DNA from: Pseudomonadota bacterium
Lineage (GTDB): Bacteria > Pseudomonadota > Gammaproteobacteria > Burkholderiales > Gallionellaceae
NCBI GenBank assembly: GCA_021800795.1
Contig: JAJYYO010000010.1
Span: 80-64,079 of the forward strand
DNA: 64,000 nt
Direction: 5' to 3'
Shown here: piece after piece, positions 19,513-31,212 of the stretch
How positions within the stretch are numbered: the first letter of the stretch is position 1
Layout: each line of letters begins with the position of its first letter
Translations under genes and position numbers: made by a program
The notes under the pieces: generated by a model
Database searches by the model: none
What the model saw: only the letters and a program-made list of their open reading frames with translations
What the model was told of the DNA's origin: nothing

Positions 19513-20676
19513 TTATAGCCCGGCATCCGCGCGGAGCGCGGCTGCTTTGTCAGTATTTTCCCAGGTGAATTCGGGTTCTTCGCGGCCGAAGTGACCGTAG
19601 GCAGCGGTTTTTTCATAGATGGGGCGCAACAGGTCGAGCATTTGCACGATGCCTTTCGGGCGCAGATCAAAATGACGCAACACCAGTTCGGTCAGTTTTT
19701 CATCGGAAATTTTGCCTGTTCCATAAGTGTCGACCATCACGCTGGTGGGTTTTGCAACGCCGATTGCATAGGAAACCTGCACCAGGCACTTGCTGGCAAG
19801 GCCCGCCGCAACGATGTTCTTGGCGACGTAACGACCGGCATAGGCAGCCGAACGATCCACCTTGGAGGGGTCCTTGCCGGAAAATGCGCCGCCGCCATGA
19901 GGCGCTGCGCCGCCATAGGTGTCCACGATGATCTTGCGACCGGTCAGTCCGCAATCGCCTTGCGGGCCGCCGACAACGAAACGACCGGTCGGGTTGACCA
20001 GAAAGTTGATATTGCCCTTGATGAGTTCTTTAGGCAACATCGGCATGATGATGTCTTCGATCGCCGCTTCGCGGATCGCTTCCAGGGTCATCTCCGGCGC
20101 ATGTTGCGTGGAGAGCACCACGGTGTCGATGCAGTGCGGTTTGCCGTCTATGTAGCGGATGGTGACCTGTGACTTGGCGTCAGGGCGCAGCCAGGGCAGA
20201 CGGCCATCGTGGCGCAATTGCGCCTGACGCTGTACAACCTGATGTGCCAGGTAAATGGCCACCGGCATCAACGTCGGCGTTTCATCGCAGGCGTAACCGA
20301 ACATCAGCCCCTGGTCACCCGCACCCTGATTTAAAAAGTCATCCGAGGCACGATCCACGCCCTGAGCGATGTCCGGGCTTTGCTTGTCGTAAGCGACCAG
20401 TACCGCGCAACCCTTGTAGTCGATGCCGTATTCGGTGTTGTCATAGCCGATGCGCTTGATGGTGTTGCGTGCGACCTGGATGTAATCGACATTGGCAGTG
20501 GTGGTGATTTCGCCGGCCAGAACCACCAGCCCGGTGTTGGTCAGCGTCTCGGCAGCTACCCGTGCATACGGATCTTGCGCTAGAATTGCATCCAGAATCG
20601 CATCGGAAATTTGATCCGAAACCTTGTCGGGATGGCCTTCGGACACGGATTCGGAGGTAAACAGAAATTCACTCAT
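19513..20676 (-). CDS. metK: S-adenosylmethionine synthetase
   Basis: [26 protein letters not shown]. Confidence 0.98.
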   Translation of the reverse strand: MSEFLFTSESVSEGHPDKVSDQISDAILDAILAQDPYARVAAETLTNTGLVVLAGEITTTANVDYIQVARNTIKRIGYDNTEYGIDYKGCAVLVAYDKQSPDIAQGVDRASDDFLNQGAGDQGLMFGYACDETPTLMPVAIYLAHQVVQRQAQLRHDGRLPWLRPDAKSQVTIRYIDGKPHCIDTVVLSTQHAPEMTLEAIREAAIEDIIMPMLPKELIKGNINFLVNPTGRFVVGGPQGDCGLTGRKIIVDTYGGAAPHGGGAFSGKDPSKVDRSAAYAGRYVAKNIVAAGLASKCLVQVSYAIGVAKPTSVMVDTYGTGKISDEKLTELVLRHFDLRPKGIVQMLDLLRPIYEKTAAYGHFGREEPEFTWENTDKAAALRADAGL

Positions 20677-20746
20677 GGGTTGCCCGCTTGTTTGTCAATA
20701 AAAATGCATTCTATCAAATTCCCTAAAACTTGGTAGCATTGCGCCT

Positions 20747-21619
20747 ATGACTACTTTTATATTTAATGTATTTTTCAAATTGCTCTCGTCGTTGCCGCTG
20801 AGTGTGTTGCATCGCATGGGTGCGCTGCTCGGTCGGCTGACCTATGCGTTATCCGGGCAGTATGCGGCGCGCATGAGGGAAAATTTGCTGCAGGCGGGCT
20901 TTTCTTTGGATGAAGAGCGGGGCCAACGCCTGTTGTCGGCCAGTATTGCCGAGGCTGGCAAGGGCATCATGGAATTGCCCTGGGTGTGGGGTCGATCCTA
21001 CGAGGAAGTGTTGAGCCGCGTGCTGGCGTGTCGCGGGCTGCAGCATGTGCAAGCCGCTCAGGCGAGTGGCAAGGGCATTATTTATCTGACCCCGCATCTG
21101 GGATGCTTCGAAATGTGCGCATTGTATCTGGCAAAGCAGGCGCCGATCACGGTGCTGTATCGTCAGCCCCGGCTGCTCTGGCTGGAAGGGGTGATGCGCC
21201 GGGGGCGCGAGAGGGGGCAGGCCAGACTGGCGAAGGCGGATTTAAGCGGCGTGCGACTGATGTATAAGGCATTGAAACGCGGCGAGGCCATCGGCCTGCT
21301 GCCCGATCAGGTGCCCAGTCAGGGCGAAGGGGAGTGGGCAAATTTTTTCGGGCGGCCCGCCTACACCATGACGCTGGTGGGCAGGCTGGCACAGTCAAGC
21401 GATGCGACCGTGGTGCTGGTCAGCGCCGAACGGGTGGCGGGCGGGGCAGGTTACGTGATTCATTTTGAACCGTTGTTGCTCGATTATTCGCTGTCGGTCC
21501 CGCAACAGATCAATACGGCGCTGGAGAAGATGATACGGGCCTATCCTGCGCAATACCTGTGGAGTTATAACCGCTATAAAGTCTTGCACGGTATGCAGCC
21601 GGCGGTCAAAGAGCTTTGA
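20747..21619 (+). CDS. lipid A biosynthesis / lysophospholipid acyltransferase
   Basis: TPHLGCFE, LLPDQVP, FFGRPA, QYLWSYNRYK. Confidence 0.88.
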   Translation: MTTFIFNVFFKLLSSLPLSVLHRMGALLGRLTYALSGQYAARMRENLLQAGFSLDEERGQRLLSASIAEAGKGIMELPWVWGRSYEEVLSRVLACRGLQHVQAAQASGKGIIYLTPHLGCFEMCALYLAKQAPITVLYRQPRLLWLEGVMRRGRERGQARLAKADLSGVRLMYKALKRGEAIGLLPDQVPSQGEGEWANFFGRPAYTMTLVGRLAQSSDATVVLVSAERVAGGAGYVIHFEPLLLDYSLSVPQQINTALEKMIRAYPAQYLWSYNRYKVLHGMQPAVKEL

Positions 21620-22488
21620 TGCTGATGCGATTCGGCATTTTCATCTTGTGGCTGATACATTTTCTGCCGTTTCGTGTCATCGTCTCCATAGGCAATGGAC
21701 TCGGATCGTTGCTCTACCTGATGGCAACCGACAGGCGTCGCGTGGGCGAGATCAACCTGAAACTGTGTTTTCCCGAGAGGGACAACAAGGCGCGCGAGCA
21801 GCTTCTGAGAGATCATTTCAGGATGTTTGCGCGTGGATTGATTGAGCGCAGCATCCTGTGGTGGGCGAGTGCCGAGCGCATAAATGGTCTGATCCGCGTC
21901 GAGGGAATCGAACATTTTGAAGCGATCAAGGGCCAGCCTGCCATCCTGCTCACGCCGCATTTTGTCGGCATGGATGCGGGCGGACAGTGGATAGCTCAAC
22001 ATACCGATACGGTGTGCATGTATGCGAATCAAAAGAGCGTCTACATGACGGAGCTGTTGCTGAAAAAGCGCGCGCGTTTCGGCAAACAACTGCTTTATTC
22101 GCGCCAGCAGGGGCTGCGTGCCATCATCAAGGGCATGCGATCAGGCATGCCGTTCATCTATCCCCCGGATCAGGATCAGGGTGTCAAGGATGGCGTGTTT
22201 ATCCCGTTCTTCGGTGTGCCTGCCGCGACCATGACCTCGGTGTCACGCATTGCGCAGATGACGGGTGCGATCGTTGTGCCCAGCATCACGCGCGTGTTGC
22301 CGGGCGGCGCAGGTTATATTCTGACCTTCTATCCTGCATGGGAGAATTATCCGAGCGGTGACGATGCTCAAGATGCGCGGCGCATGAACGAATTCATCGA
22401 GTGTCGTGTGCGGGAAATGCCGGAGCAGTATTTCTGGCTGCACAGGCGGTTCAAAACCAGGCCGCAAGGCGAAGAAAAATTTTATTAG
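21616..22488 (+). CDS. lipid A biosynthesis acyltransferase (LpxL/HtrB family)
   Basis: TPHFVGMD, PPDQD, FFGVPA, QYFWLHRRFKTRP. Confidence 0.9.
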   Translation: MMLMRFGIFILWLIHFLPFRVIVSIGNGLGSLLYLMATDRRRVGEINLKLCFPERDNKAREQLLRDHFRMFARGLIERSILWWASAERINGLIRVEGIEHFEAIKGQPAILLTPHFVGMDAGGQWIAQHTDTVCMYANQKSVYMTELLLKKRARFGKQLLYSRQQGLRAIIKGMRSGMPFIYPPDQDQGVKDGVFIPFFGVPAATMTSVSRIAQMTGAIVVPSITRVLPGGAGYILTFYPAWENYPSGDDAQDARRMNEFIECRVREMPEQYFWLHRRFKTRPQGEEKFY

Positions 22489-22545
22489 CTGGTAGCCTGT
22501 AGCTTGTAGCCGTCGAAGTACCTTTTTTGCTACTAGCTACTAGCT
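22486..22545. repeat. inverted heptamer arrays (TAGCTNG / GCTACTA variant)
   Basis: tagctgg tagcctg tagcttg tagc ... gctacta gctacta gct. Confidence 0.75.
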
Positions 22546-22559
22546 CGAATGGAGTTGTG

Positions 22560-24023
22560 ATGAAATATAAAGATCTGCGAGACTTTATCGCGCAGCTTGA
22601 AAAAATCGGCGAGCTCAAGCGCGTCAGCCTGCCAGTCTCTACGCATCTGGAAATGACGGAAATCTGCGACCGCGTGCTGCGTGTACAGGGTCCGGCGATA
22701 CTGTTCGAGAAACCGGCAGGACAAACCATGCCGGTGCTGGCCAATCTGTTCGGCACGCCGCGCCGCGTGGCATTGGGCATGGGCGAGGAATCGATTGCGG
22801 CGCTGCGCGAGGTGGGAAAATTGCTCGCCTATCTCAAGGAGCCTGAGCCTCCCAAAGGATTGAAGGATGCCTGGGAAAAATGGCCGGTGTTGAAACAGGT
22901 GCTCAACATGTCGCCCAAAATATTATCCAGCGCGCCCTGTCAGGATGTGGTGTGGGAAGGCGCGGAGGTGGATTTGAGCAAGTTACCCATTCAGCATTGC
23001 TGGCCTGGCGACGTTGCACCCTTGATCACCTGGGGGCTGGTGGTCACCCGTGGCCCTGACAAGGCACGCCAGAATCTGGGCGTCTATCGCCAGCAGGTGA
23101 TCGGACACAACAAGGTCATTATGCGCTGGCTGGCGCATCGCGGCGGTGCGCTGGATTTTCGCGATCATTGCCTGAAGCACCCCGGCGTGCCGTTCCCGGT
23201 TGCGGTGGTGATCGGCGCCGATCCTGCCACGATACTGGGGGCGGTAACTCCCGTGCCGGATTCGTTGTCCGAATACCAGTTCGCCGGACTGTTGCGCGGC
23301 AGCAAGACCGAGCTGGTGAAATGTCTGGGCAGCGATTTGCAGGTGCCGGCCAGCAGCGAAATCGTGCTGGAAGGCGTGATTCATCCGGATGAGATGGCCA
23401 TGGAGGGGCCTTACGGCGACCATACCGGTTACTACAACGAGCAGGATAAATTCCCTGTGCTGACCATACAGCGCATCACGATGCGCCGCGATCCCATCTA
23501 TCACTCCACCTACACCGGCAAGCCGCCGGACGAACCCGCGATGCTGGGCGTGGCGCTCAACGAAGTGTTTGTGCCGCTGCTGCAGAAGCAGTTCCCGGAG
23601 ATAGTGGATTTTTATCTGCCGCCCGAAGGATGCAGTTATCGCATGGCGATCGTGTCGATCAAGAAACAGTATGCCGGGCATGCCAAGCGGGTGATGTTCG
23701 GCATCTGGTCTTTTTTGCGGCAATTCATGTATACCAAATTCATCATCGTGGTGGACGAGGATATCGACATACGCAACTGGCAGGAAGTGATCTGGGCGAT
23801 TACCACTCGTGTCGATCCGGTCAGGGATACTTTGCTGGTGGAAAACACGCCGATAGACTATCTTGATTTCGCCAGTCCCGTGTCGGGACTGGGCGGCAAG
23901 ATGGGGCTGGATGCGACCAACAAATGGGTAGGTGAGACGCAGCGCGAATGGGGTACGCCTATTGTGATGGATGAGGCGGTCAAGCGCCGTGTGGATGCGA
24001 TGTGGGGTGAATTGGGGCTGTAG
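22560..24023 (+). CDS. ubiD: 3-octaprenyl-4-hydroxybenzoate carboxy-lyase
   Basis: [30 protein letters not shown]. Confidence 0.96.
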   Translation: MKYKDLRDFIAQLEKIGELKRVSLPVSTHLEMTEICDRVLRVQGPAILFEKPAGQTMPVLANLFGTPRRVALGMGEESIAALREVGKLLAYLKEPEPPKGLKDAWEKWPVLKQVLNMSPKILSSAPCQDVVWEGAEVDLSKLPIQHCWPGDVAPLITWGLVVTRGPDKARQNLGVYRQQVIGHNKVIMRWLAHRGGALDFRDHCLKHPGVPFPVAVVIGADPATILGAVTPVPDSLSEYQFAGLLRGSKTELVKCLGSDLQVPASSEIVLEGVIHPDEMAMEGPYGDHTGYYNEQDKFPVLTIQRITMRRDPIYHSTYTGKPPDEPAMLGVALNEVFVPLLQKQFPEIVDFYLPPEGCSYRMAIVSIKKQYAGHAKRVMFGIWSFLRQFMYTKFIIVVDEDIDIRNWQEVIWAITTRVDPVRDTLLVENTPIDYLDFASPVSGLGGKMGLDATNKWVGETQREWGTPIVMDEAVKRRVDAMWGELGL

Positions 24024-24048
24024 AGAAGCCGATAAAAGCAAAGCCTTG

Positions 24049-25860
24049 TTAGCGTTTTTCCAGCCATTCGATCAGTGCATCCTGCGCGGGTTGGCCGTAT
24101 TTCGCGTTGGGGTGATTGATGATGAAAACCATGATCCATTGCTTGCCGCTTGCGGCGTGAACATATCCGGCGATGGATTTCACGCCTTCCAGCGATCCCG
24201 TCTTGAGATGGGCGTGCCCGGCAATTTCCCCGTCCTTGAAACGCCTCTTTACCGTGCCGTCCATGCCGAGTATCGGTAAGGACGCTTCCAGTTCAGCGGA
24301 ATAAGGGCTGAGTGCGGCGCGATTGAGAATGTCGGCGAGGTGATGCGCACTGATGCGTTCCGTGCGCGACAGGCCCGCACCGTTTTCCAGTACGAGTTCG
24401 GGAAATTGCCGGTTGCCCAGCCATCGCGCGATGGCTGAAACGCTGCGTGCAATGCTGGCAGTTCCTCCGTCAGTCGCACCCAAAGTCAGAAACAGTTGCC
24501 GTGCCATCGTGTTGTTGCTGAACTTGTTGATGTCGCGAATTATTTCCGACAAGGGCGGCGAGAGGTGGGTGGAAAAAACGGGCAGGGAGTCTGGTGCGAA
24601 CCCCGTTTTTACATGACCTTGAATCTGCCCGCCGAGCTCTTGCCATAATGCGGCAAACACGGCGAAAAAATAGTCATCAGGCGGCAAGAGAGAAAAATAA
24701 TCCTGCGCTTCGCCGCACAGAGCGGGGATTTTGCCTTCCAGCACGATGTTGCGCCCTTCCAGATGCGACTGGTAGGCGTCTTCGCCGTTGCACGGTAGGC
24801 GGGCGTCGGTGGTGATCCGGTTGATCAGGTGATAGCCATGCAATTCGGGTTCCAGCAGTGCGGTGGTTTGATTGCCGTCCGGCAGTAAACGCAAGTGCAG
24901 GGCGTTCAGATTGAGCAGCAGGGCGTCAGGGCCGACGTTGTAGGCGCGATTTGGCTTGTTGTCGAATGCAGAAGGATCATAGTGATCGTCTTGGAAAAAG
25001 CTGTTATCGAGCACGATATCGCCGCGAATCTCGCGCAATCCGCGCTGGCGAAGCTCATGCAGCCACAGCCAGAATTCTTCTATGGTCAGCTTGGGATCGC
25101 CATAGCCTTTAAAGACAACATTGCCGTGCAAAACGCCGTTCTCCAGTTTGCCGTCAAGATAGGCTTCGGTCTTCCAGCGATAGGCAGGCCCTAAAATTCC
25201 CAGTCCGGCATAGGTTGTCAGCAGCTTCATGGTTGAGGCGGGATTCATTGCCTGCGTGGCGTTCAGACTGATGAGCGGACGAGGTTTGCCTGCTTCGCGC
25301 ACTTCCACTGCGACGGCATTAAGCGGGATGTTTGCTTTTTCGAGTTCAGTTCGGACTGAGTCCGGCAATGGAATTGCATTTGCATTCAAAACGGACGATA
25401 ACAATATGCAGAGTAAAAGTGCGCAAGGCCAAAAAACAGCGTCATTCCCGCGCAGGCGGGAATCCAGTAGAAAAAAACATTCCGCGTAGCGGTCGAAATA
25501 TTTATGTTGTCCCGCGTTGCGGGAGCGTTTTAAATTATCTGGATTTCCGCATGCGCGGGAATGACGTTCAAATAAAATAGCTAGGAGCCTGTCGGACTTC
25601 TTTCGCGAGTGCGACGGGGATGATTTTTTTGTAGTGCAAGGAACGGTAAAGCGCCGTTTGGTCATTCCAAACAAGCAAGCCGCAACGCAGCAATACGTAA
25701 AAATCACCCCGTCCCGGAGGGTTGTCAGCAAAAATGGCGTCTGCGGCGTTACAAATCTTGACAATGGAATAACCATTGTCTGCAATTTGTGCCTTGCATC
25801 CATCCATTTTTTGCCGACAACGCATCTCGCGAAAGAAGTCCGACAGGCTCCTAGATTCAT
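24049..25860 (-). CDS. dacB: D-alanyl-D-alanine carboxypeptidase/endopeptidase PBP4 with ~130-aa repeat-derived N-terminal insert
   Basis: PASTMK (SxxK), SNN, KTGSL; ATG overlaps the bioA stop (ATGA); signal-peptide-like segment lies downstream of two repeat elements. Confidence 0.88.
   Translation of the reverse strand: MNLGACRTSFARCVVGKKWMDARHKLQTMVIPLSRFVTPQTPFLLTTLRDGVIFTYCCVAACLFGMTKRRFTVPCTTKKSSPSHSRKKSDRLLAILFERHSRACGNPDNLKRSRNAGQHKYFDRYAECFFLLDSRLRGNDAVFWPCALLLCILLSSVLNANAIPLPDSVRTELEKANIPLNAVAVEVREAGKPRPLISLNATQAMNPASTMKLLTTYAGLGILGPAYRWKTEAYLDGKLENGVLHGNVVFKGYGDPKLTIEEFWLWLHELRQRGLREIRGDIVLDNSFFQDDHYDPSAFDNKPNRAYNVGPDALLLNLNALHLRLLPDGNQTTALLEPELHGYHLINRITTDARLPCNGEDAYQSHLEGRNIVLEGKIPALCGEAQDYFSLLPPDDYFFAVFAALWQELGGQIQGHVKTGFAPDSLPVFSTHLSPPLSEIIRDINKFSNNTMARQLFLTLGATDGGTASIARSVSAIARWLGNRQFPELVLENGAGLSRTERISAHHLADILNRAALSPYSAELEASLPILGMDGTVKRRFKDGEIAGHAHLKTGSLEGVKSIAGYVHAASGKQWIMVFIINHPNAKYGQPAQDALIEWLEKR
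25441..25565. mobile_element. GTCATTCCCGCG-type palindromic element in frame in dacB
   Basis: gtcattcccgcgcaggcgggaatccag ... ctggatttccgcatgcgcgggaatgac (LLDSRLRGND). Confidence 0.88.
25581..25854. mobile_element. CTAG-flanked MITE in frame in dacB
   Basis: Perfect 29-bp TIR ctaggagcctgtcggacttctttcgcgag; 270 bp net (90 codons, no stop). Confidence 0.92.
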
Positions 25861-27185
25861 GTCAGTGTCTCGATGATGTTTTTCGTGCGCGTGAGCAGAA
25901 TATGCATTTCTTCATCAGAGATAACGTAGGGAGGCATGAAGTAAACCGTGTTGCCCATCGGGCGCAACAGCAGCTCGTGCTGTAATCCAAGCTGAAAGCA
26001 GCGCTGTGCAAAATCCGCATGCGGAGACACCACTTCAAACGCCCAGATCATGCCGGTGTTGCGCCAGTTTTTAACGAAGGGCAGTTCGCGCAGCGGTTGT
26101 GCGATGCTGTTGAGAAAGGCGGCCTTTTGCCGATTGGCAGCCAGCACATTGTCCTGTTCAAAAATATCCAGCGTTGCAAGAGCTGCGCGGCAGGCCAGCG
26201 GATTGCCTGTATAGGAATGCGAATGCAGAAAGCCGCGCGCGGTCTCTGTGGCATAGAAAGCCTGATAGATTTTGTCGGTCGTCATCACGATCGACAGGGG
26301 GAGGTAACCGCCGGTGATGCCTTTGGAAATCAGCAGGAAGTCGGGCGCGATCCCGCCCTGTTCGCAGGCGAACATCGTGCCTGTTCTGCCCATGCCGACG
26401 GCAATCTCGTCGGCGATCAGATGTACGTCATATTTATCGCAAAGCTGGCGTGCCAGCTTGAGGTAGATCGGGTGAAACATCGCCATGCCGGCGGCACCCT
26501 GAACCAGCGGCTCGATGATGAAGGCGGCAAGCTGTGCGTGATGTTGCTGCAAATGTGTTTCAAGCGCCTCTGCGCAGCGCAGCGCGCAGGTTTCACTTGT
26601 TTCGCCTTCTGCAGCATTGCGCGAGTCAGGGCTCGCGATGGTTGCCTGTTGGCGGATCAGCATGCCATAAGCATCGCGGAACAGGGCTACATCGGTCACT
26701 GATAAAGCGCCCAGGGTTTCGCCGTGATAGCTGTTTTGCAAACTGATGAACTGCACTTTGTCAGGCTGTCCGGTATTGCGCCAGTAGTGTGCGCTCATCT
26801 TGAGTGCGATTTCGGTGGCCGATGCACCGTCCGAACCGTAGAAGCAGTGACCGAGGCCTGGCGGTGCAAGTTCACGCAGACGCTCGGACAGCTCGATCAC
26901 GGGCTCGTGGGTAAAGCCTGCAAGCATCACGTGTTCCAGTTTTTCCAGTTGGCAGCGGATGGCGGCATTGATGCGCGGGTTGCTGTGACCAAACAGATTG
27001 ACCCACCATGAGCTGACTGCATCCAGATATTTGTTTCCGTCGTAGTCATGCAGCCATACCCCCTGTCCGCGCGCAATGGGCATCAGTGGAAACGTTTCAT
27101 ATTGTTTCATCTGCGAGCAGGGGTGCCAGACGGCGGACAGCGAGCGACTGATCAGATCGGCATTGGTTGGCGTGTTTTTTTGCAT
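25857..27185 (-). CDS. bioA: adenosylmethionine-8-amino-7-oxononanoate aminotransferase
   Basis: VWHPCSQM, SSWWVN, SYHGET, DEIAVG, SKGITGG, HSHSY. Confidence 0.96.
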   Translation of the reverse strand: MQKNTPTNADLISRSLSAVWHPCSQMKQYETFPLMPIARGQGVWLHDYDGNKYLDAVSSWWVNLFGHSNPRINAAIRCQLEKLEHVMLAGFTHEPVIELSERLRELAPPGLGHCFYGSDGASATEIALKMSAHYWRNTGQPDKVQFISLQNSYHGETLGALSVTDVALFRDAYGMLIRQQATIASPDSRNAAEGETSETCALRCAEALETHLQQHHAQLAAFIIEPLVQGAAGMAMFHPIYLKLARQLCDKYDVHLIADEIAVGMGRTGTMFACEQGGIAPDFLLISKGITGGYLPLSIVMTTDKIYQAFYATETARGFLHSHSYTGNPLACRAALATLDIFEQDNVLAANRQKAAFLNSIAQPLRELPFVKNWRNTGMIWAFEVVSPHADFAQRCFQLGLQHELLLRPMGNTVYFMPPYVISDEEMHILLTRTKNIIETLT

Positions 27186-27469
27186 CGGTGAATCATAGCG
27201 AATTTTGCGGCCTGTGCGCAGAACTTCAGTTTATTCGACAGACGAATTGATCGTCGAAAAAGAAGGCTTATGTTATTGGAATCATGCCGGCTGGCCGGCT
27301 TTGCAACGGTGAATAAAGTATCTGCGAAAAATGAATATTTTAACAATATCGTGACAACTACACCCGCTTCGCTTTGAGTATTGCTCCATCTGTGGCATTC
27401 TTCGCTCTTTAATATGCACTAAATGTATCGCCCCGGTGTTTGAGGCGCGGCAGTTGGAGGATGGCAGTA

Positions 27470-28720
27470 ATGAAATGTGTAGATGATTTCCGCCTGCGCT
27501 TAGGTTCGCGCGAGTTGGTGCCGATTATGATAGGTGGGATGGGGGTGGATATTTCTACCGCCGAATTGGCTCTGGTGGCAGCGCGCCTGGGCGGCGTCGG
27601 GCATATTTCCGACGCCATGCTGCCGACGGTGACCGATAAGCGTTACAAGACAAAGTTTGTCAGCGACAAGCAAAAACAATATAAATTGAACATCTTGCAG
27701 GCGGATAAATCGATCGTGCAATTCGATTTGGCACAGGTCGCGGAAGCTACGCGTCTGCATGTGCGCAGCACGATGGAGGCCAAGCGCGGCGATGGCATGA
27801 TTTTCGTCAATTGCATGGAAAAGCTGACCATGAACGCGCCGCGCGAAACCCTGCGTACGCGTCTGGTTACCGCGCTGGACGAGGGCATAGACGGCATCAC
27901 CCTGGCAGCCGGATTGCATCTGGGTTCTTTTGCCATGATGCAGGATCACCCGCGCTTCCGCGATGCGCAATTGGGCATCATCGTTTCGTCAGTGCGCGCC
28001 CTGCAATTGTTTCTGCGCAAGAATGCCAGGCTGAACCGTCTGCCTGATTATATCGTGGTGGAGGGGCCGCTGGCCGGTGGGCATCTGGGCTTCGGCATGG
28101 ACTGGGCGCAATATGATCTGCGCAGCATTGTTGCCGAGATGCAGTTGTTTCTCAAGACTGAACATCTGGATATCCCGGTCATCGCGGCAGGCGGCATTTT
28201 CACCGGCAGCGACGCGGTAAGCTATCTGGAGACAGGCTCAGCGGCCGTGCAGGTGGCGACACGTTTTACGGTTGCCGATGAGTGCGGCATTCCTGAAAAG
28301 GTGCAGCAGGAGTATTTCAAGGCCAGTGAAGAAGATATCGAAGTAAATATGCTGTCACCCACCGGTTATCCGATGCGCATGTTGAAAAATTGCCCGGCGA
28401 TCGGTTCGGGGATACGCCCGAACTGCGAGGCTTTCGGTTATCTGCTGGACGGTAACGGCGGATGTGCCTACATCGACGCCTATAACCGGGTCGTTGCGGC
28501 AAATCCTGACGCCAAGAAAATTTCCGTTCCCGACAAGACCTGCTTGTGCACGCACATGCGCAATTATGATTGCTGGACTTGCGGGCACTATACCTATCGG
28601 CTCAAGGACACGACCCATCGCAACGAGGATGGTAGCTACCAGATTTTGTCCGCCGAGCATGTCTTTCACGACTATCAGTTCAGTAAGGATAACAGGGTGG
28701 CGCTGCCGCCGAGGAAATAA
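27470..28720 (+). CDS. nitronate monooxygenase family FMN oxidoreductase
   Basis: IGGMGVDIS, EGPLAGGHLG, IAAGGI, QVATRF. Confidence 0.85.
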   Translation: MKCVDDFRLRLGSRELVPIMIGGMGVDISTAELALVAARLGGVGHISDAMLPTVTDKRYKTKFVSDKQKQYKLNILQADKSIVQFDLAQVAEATRLHVRSTMEAKRGDGMIFVNCMEKLTMNAPRETLRTRLVTALDEGIDGITLAAGLHLGSFAMMQDHPRFRDAQLGIIVSSVRALQLFLRKNARLNRLPDYIVVEGPLAGGHLGFGMDWAQYDLRSIVAEMQLFLKTEHLDIPVIAAGGIFTGSDAVSYLETGSAAVQVATRFTVADECGIPEKVQQEYFKASEEDIEVNMLSPTGYPMRMLKNCPAIGSGIRPNCEAFGYLLDGNGGCAYIDAYNRVVAANPDAKKISVPDKTCLCTHMRNYDCWTCGHYTYRLKDTTHRNEDGSYQILSAEHVFHDYQFSKDNRVALPPRK

Positions 28721-28734
28721 ATTTTACCTCTGCC

Positions 28735-28761
28735 CTTGAAATTGCAAGCCGCTATCCCCAT
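28735..28761 (+). promoter_or_regulatory. sigma-32 heat-shock promoter
   Basis: CTTGAAA-N14-CCCCAT upstream of groES. Confidence 0.85.
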
Positions 28762-28838
28762 TGTTAGCGCTTGCAGGCGGAGCATCTTGCGTTTCGCCTC
28801 TGCATTTAATTTAACCCATTGATTCAGGAGAAATAAGT

Positions 28839-29129
28839 ATGAAAATTCGTCCTTTGAACGATCGCGTCATCGTCAAGCGTATGGAAGAAGAGCGTAAAAC
28901 CGCTTCTGGTATCGTGATTCCCGATGCGGCTACCGAAAAGCCGGATCAGGGCGAAATCATCGCCGTGGGTAAAGGCAAGGTCGGTGACGACGGCAAGTTG
29001 CTGGCGATGACCGTTAAGGTAGGCGACCGTGTGCTGTTCGGAAAATATGCCGGTCAGGCCTTCAAGATGGACGGTCAGGAATACATGACCATGCGCGAAG
29101 ATGACATCATCGGCATCGTCGAAGCCTAA
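28839..29129 (+). CDS. groES: co-chaperonin GroES
   Basis: [31 protein letters not shown]. Confidence 0.98.
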   Translation: MKIRPLNDRVIVKRMEEERKTASGIVIPDAATEKPDQGEIIAVGKGKVGDDGKLLAMTVKVGDRVLFGKYAGQAFKMDGQEYMTMREDDIIGIVEA

Positions 29130-29130
29130 T

Positions 29131-30920
<1,790 letters not shown>

Positions 30921-30948
30921 ATAGTCAATCGTTGCTGGATTGATCTCG

Positions 30949-30972
30949 CAAACCCCGCTCCGGCGGGGTTTG
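30949..30972 (+). terminator. terminator after groEL
   Basis: caaaccccgc-tccg-gcggggtttg. Confidence 0.75.
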
Positions 30973-30981
30973 TCATTTGTA

Positions 30982-31009
30982 TTGCTGTTCTCGGTAAAGT
31001 AGGTATAAT
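30982..31009 (+). promoter_or_regulatory. sigma-70 promoter of tRNA-Phe
   Basis: TTGCTG-N16-TATAAT. Confidence 0.6.
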
Positions 31010-31065
31010 GCGCGGCTCTCAAGCTTGAAAGCGTTGTTTTCAGGTGCTTGCAGAATGTTAAAAAT

Positions 31066-31141
31066 GGCCTGGTAGCTCAGTCGGTAGAGCAGAGGATTGA
31101 AAATCCTTGTGTCGGTGGTTCGATTCCGCCCCGGGCCACCA
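31066..31141 (+). tRNA. tRNA-Phe (GAA)
   Basis: 76-nt cloverleaf; anticodon arm aggat-tGAAa-atcct, GGTTCGATTCC T-arm, encoded CCA. Confidence 0.97.
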
Positions 31142-31212
31142 AATAAATAAAAGGCTTGCAGCGATGCAGGTCTTTTTGCTTTTCTACAATTGCAGATGTT
31201 TTTCTACAATTC

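Noticed and set aside
28764-28790. CIRCE element upstream of groES
   Set aside because: Only a degenerate left half (TTAGCGCTT); no GAGTGCTAA at the 9-bp spacing.
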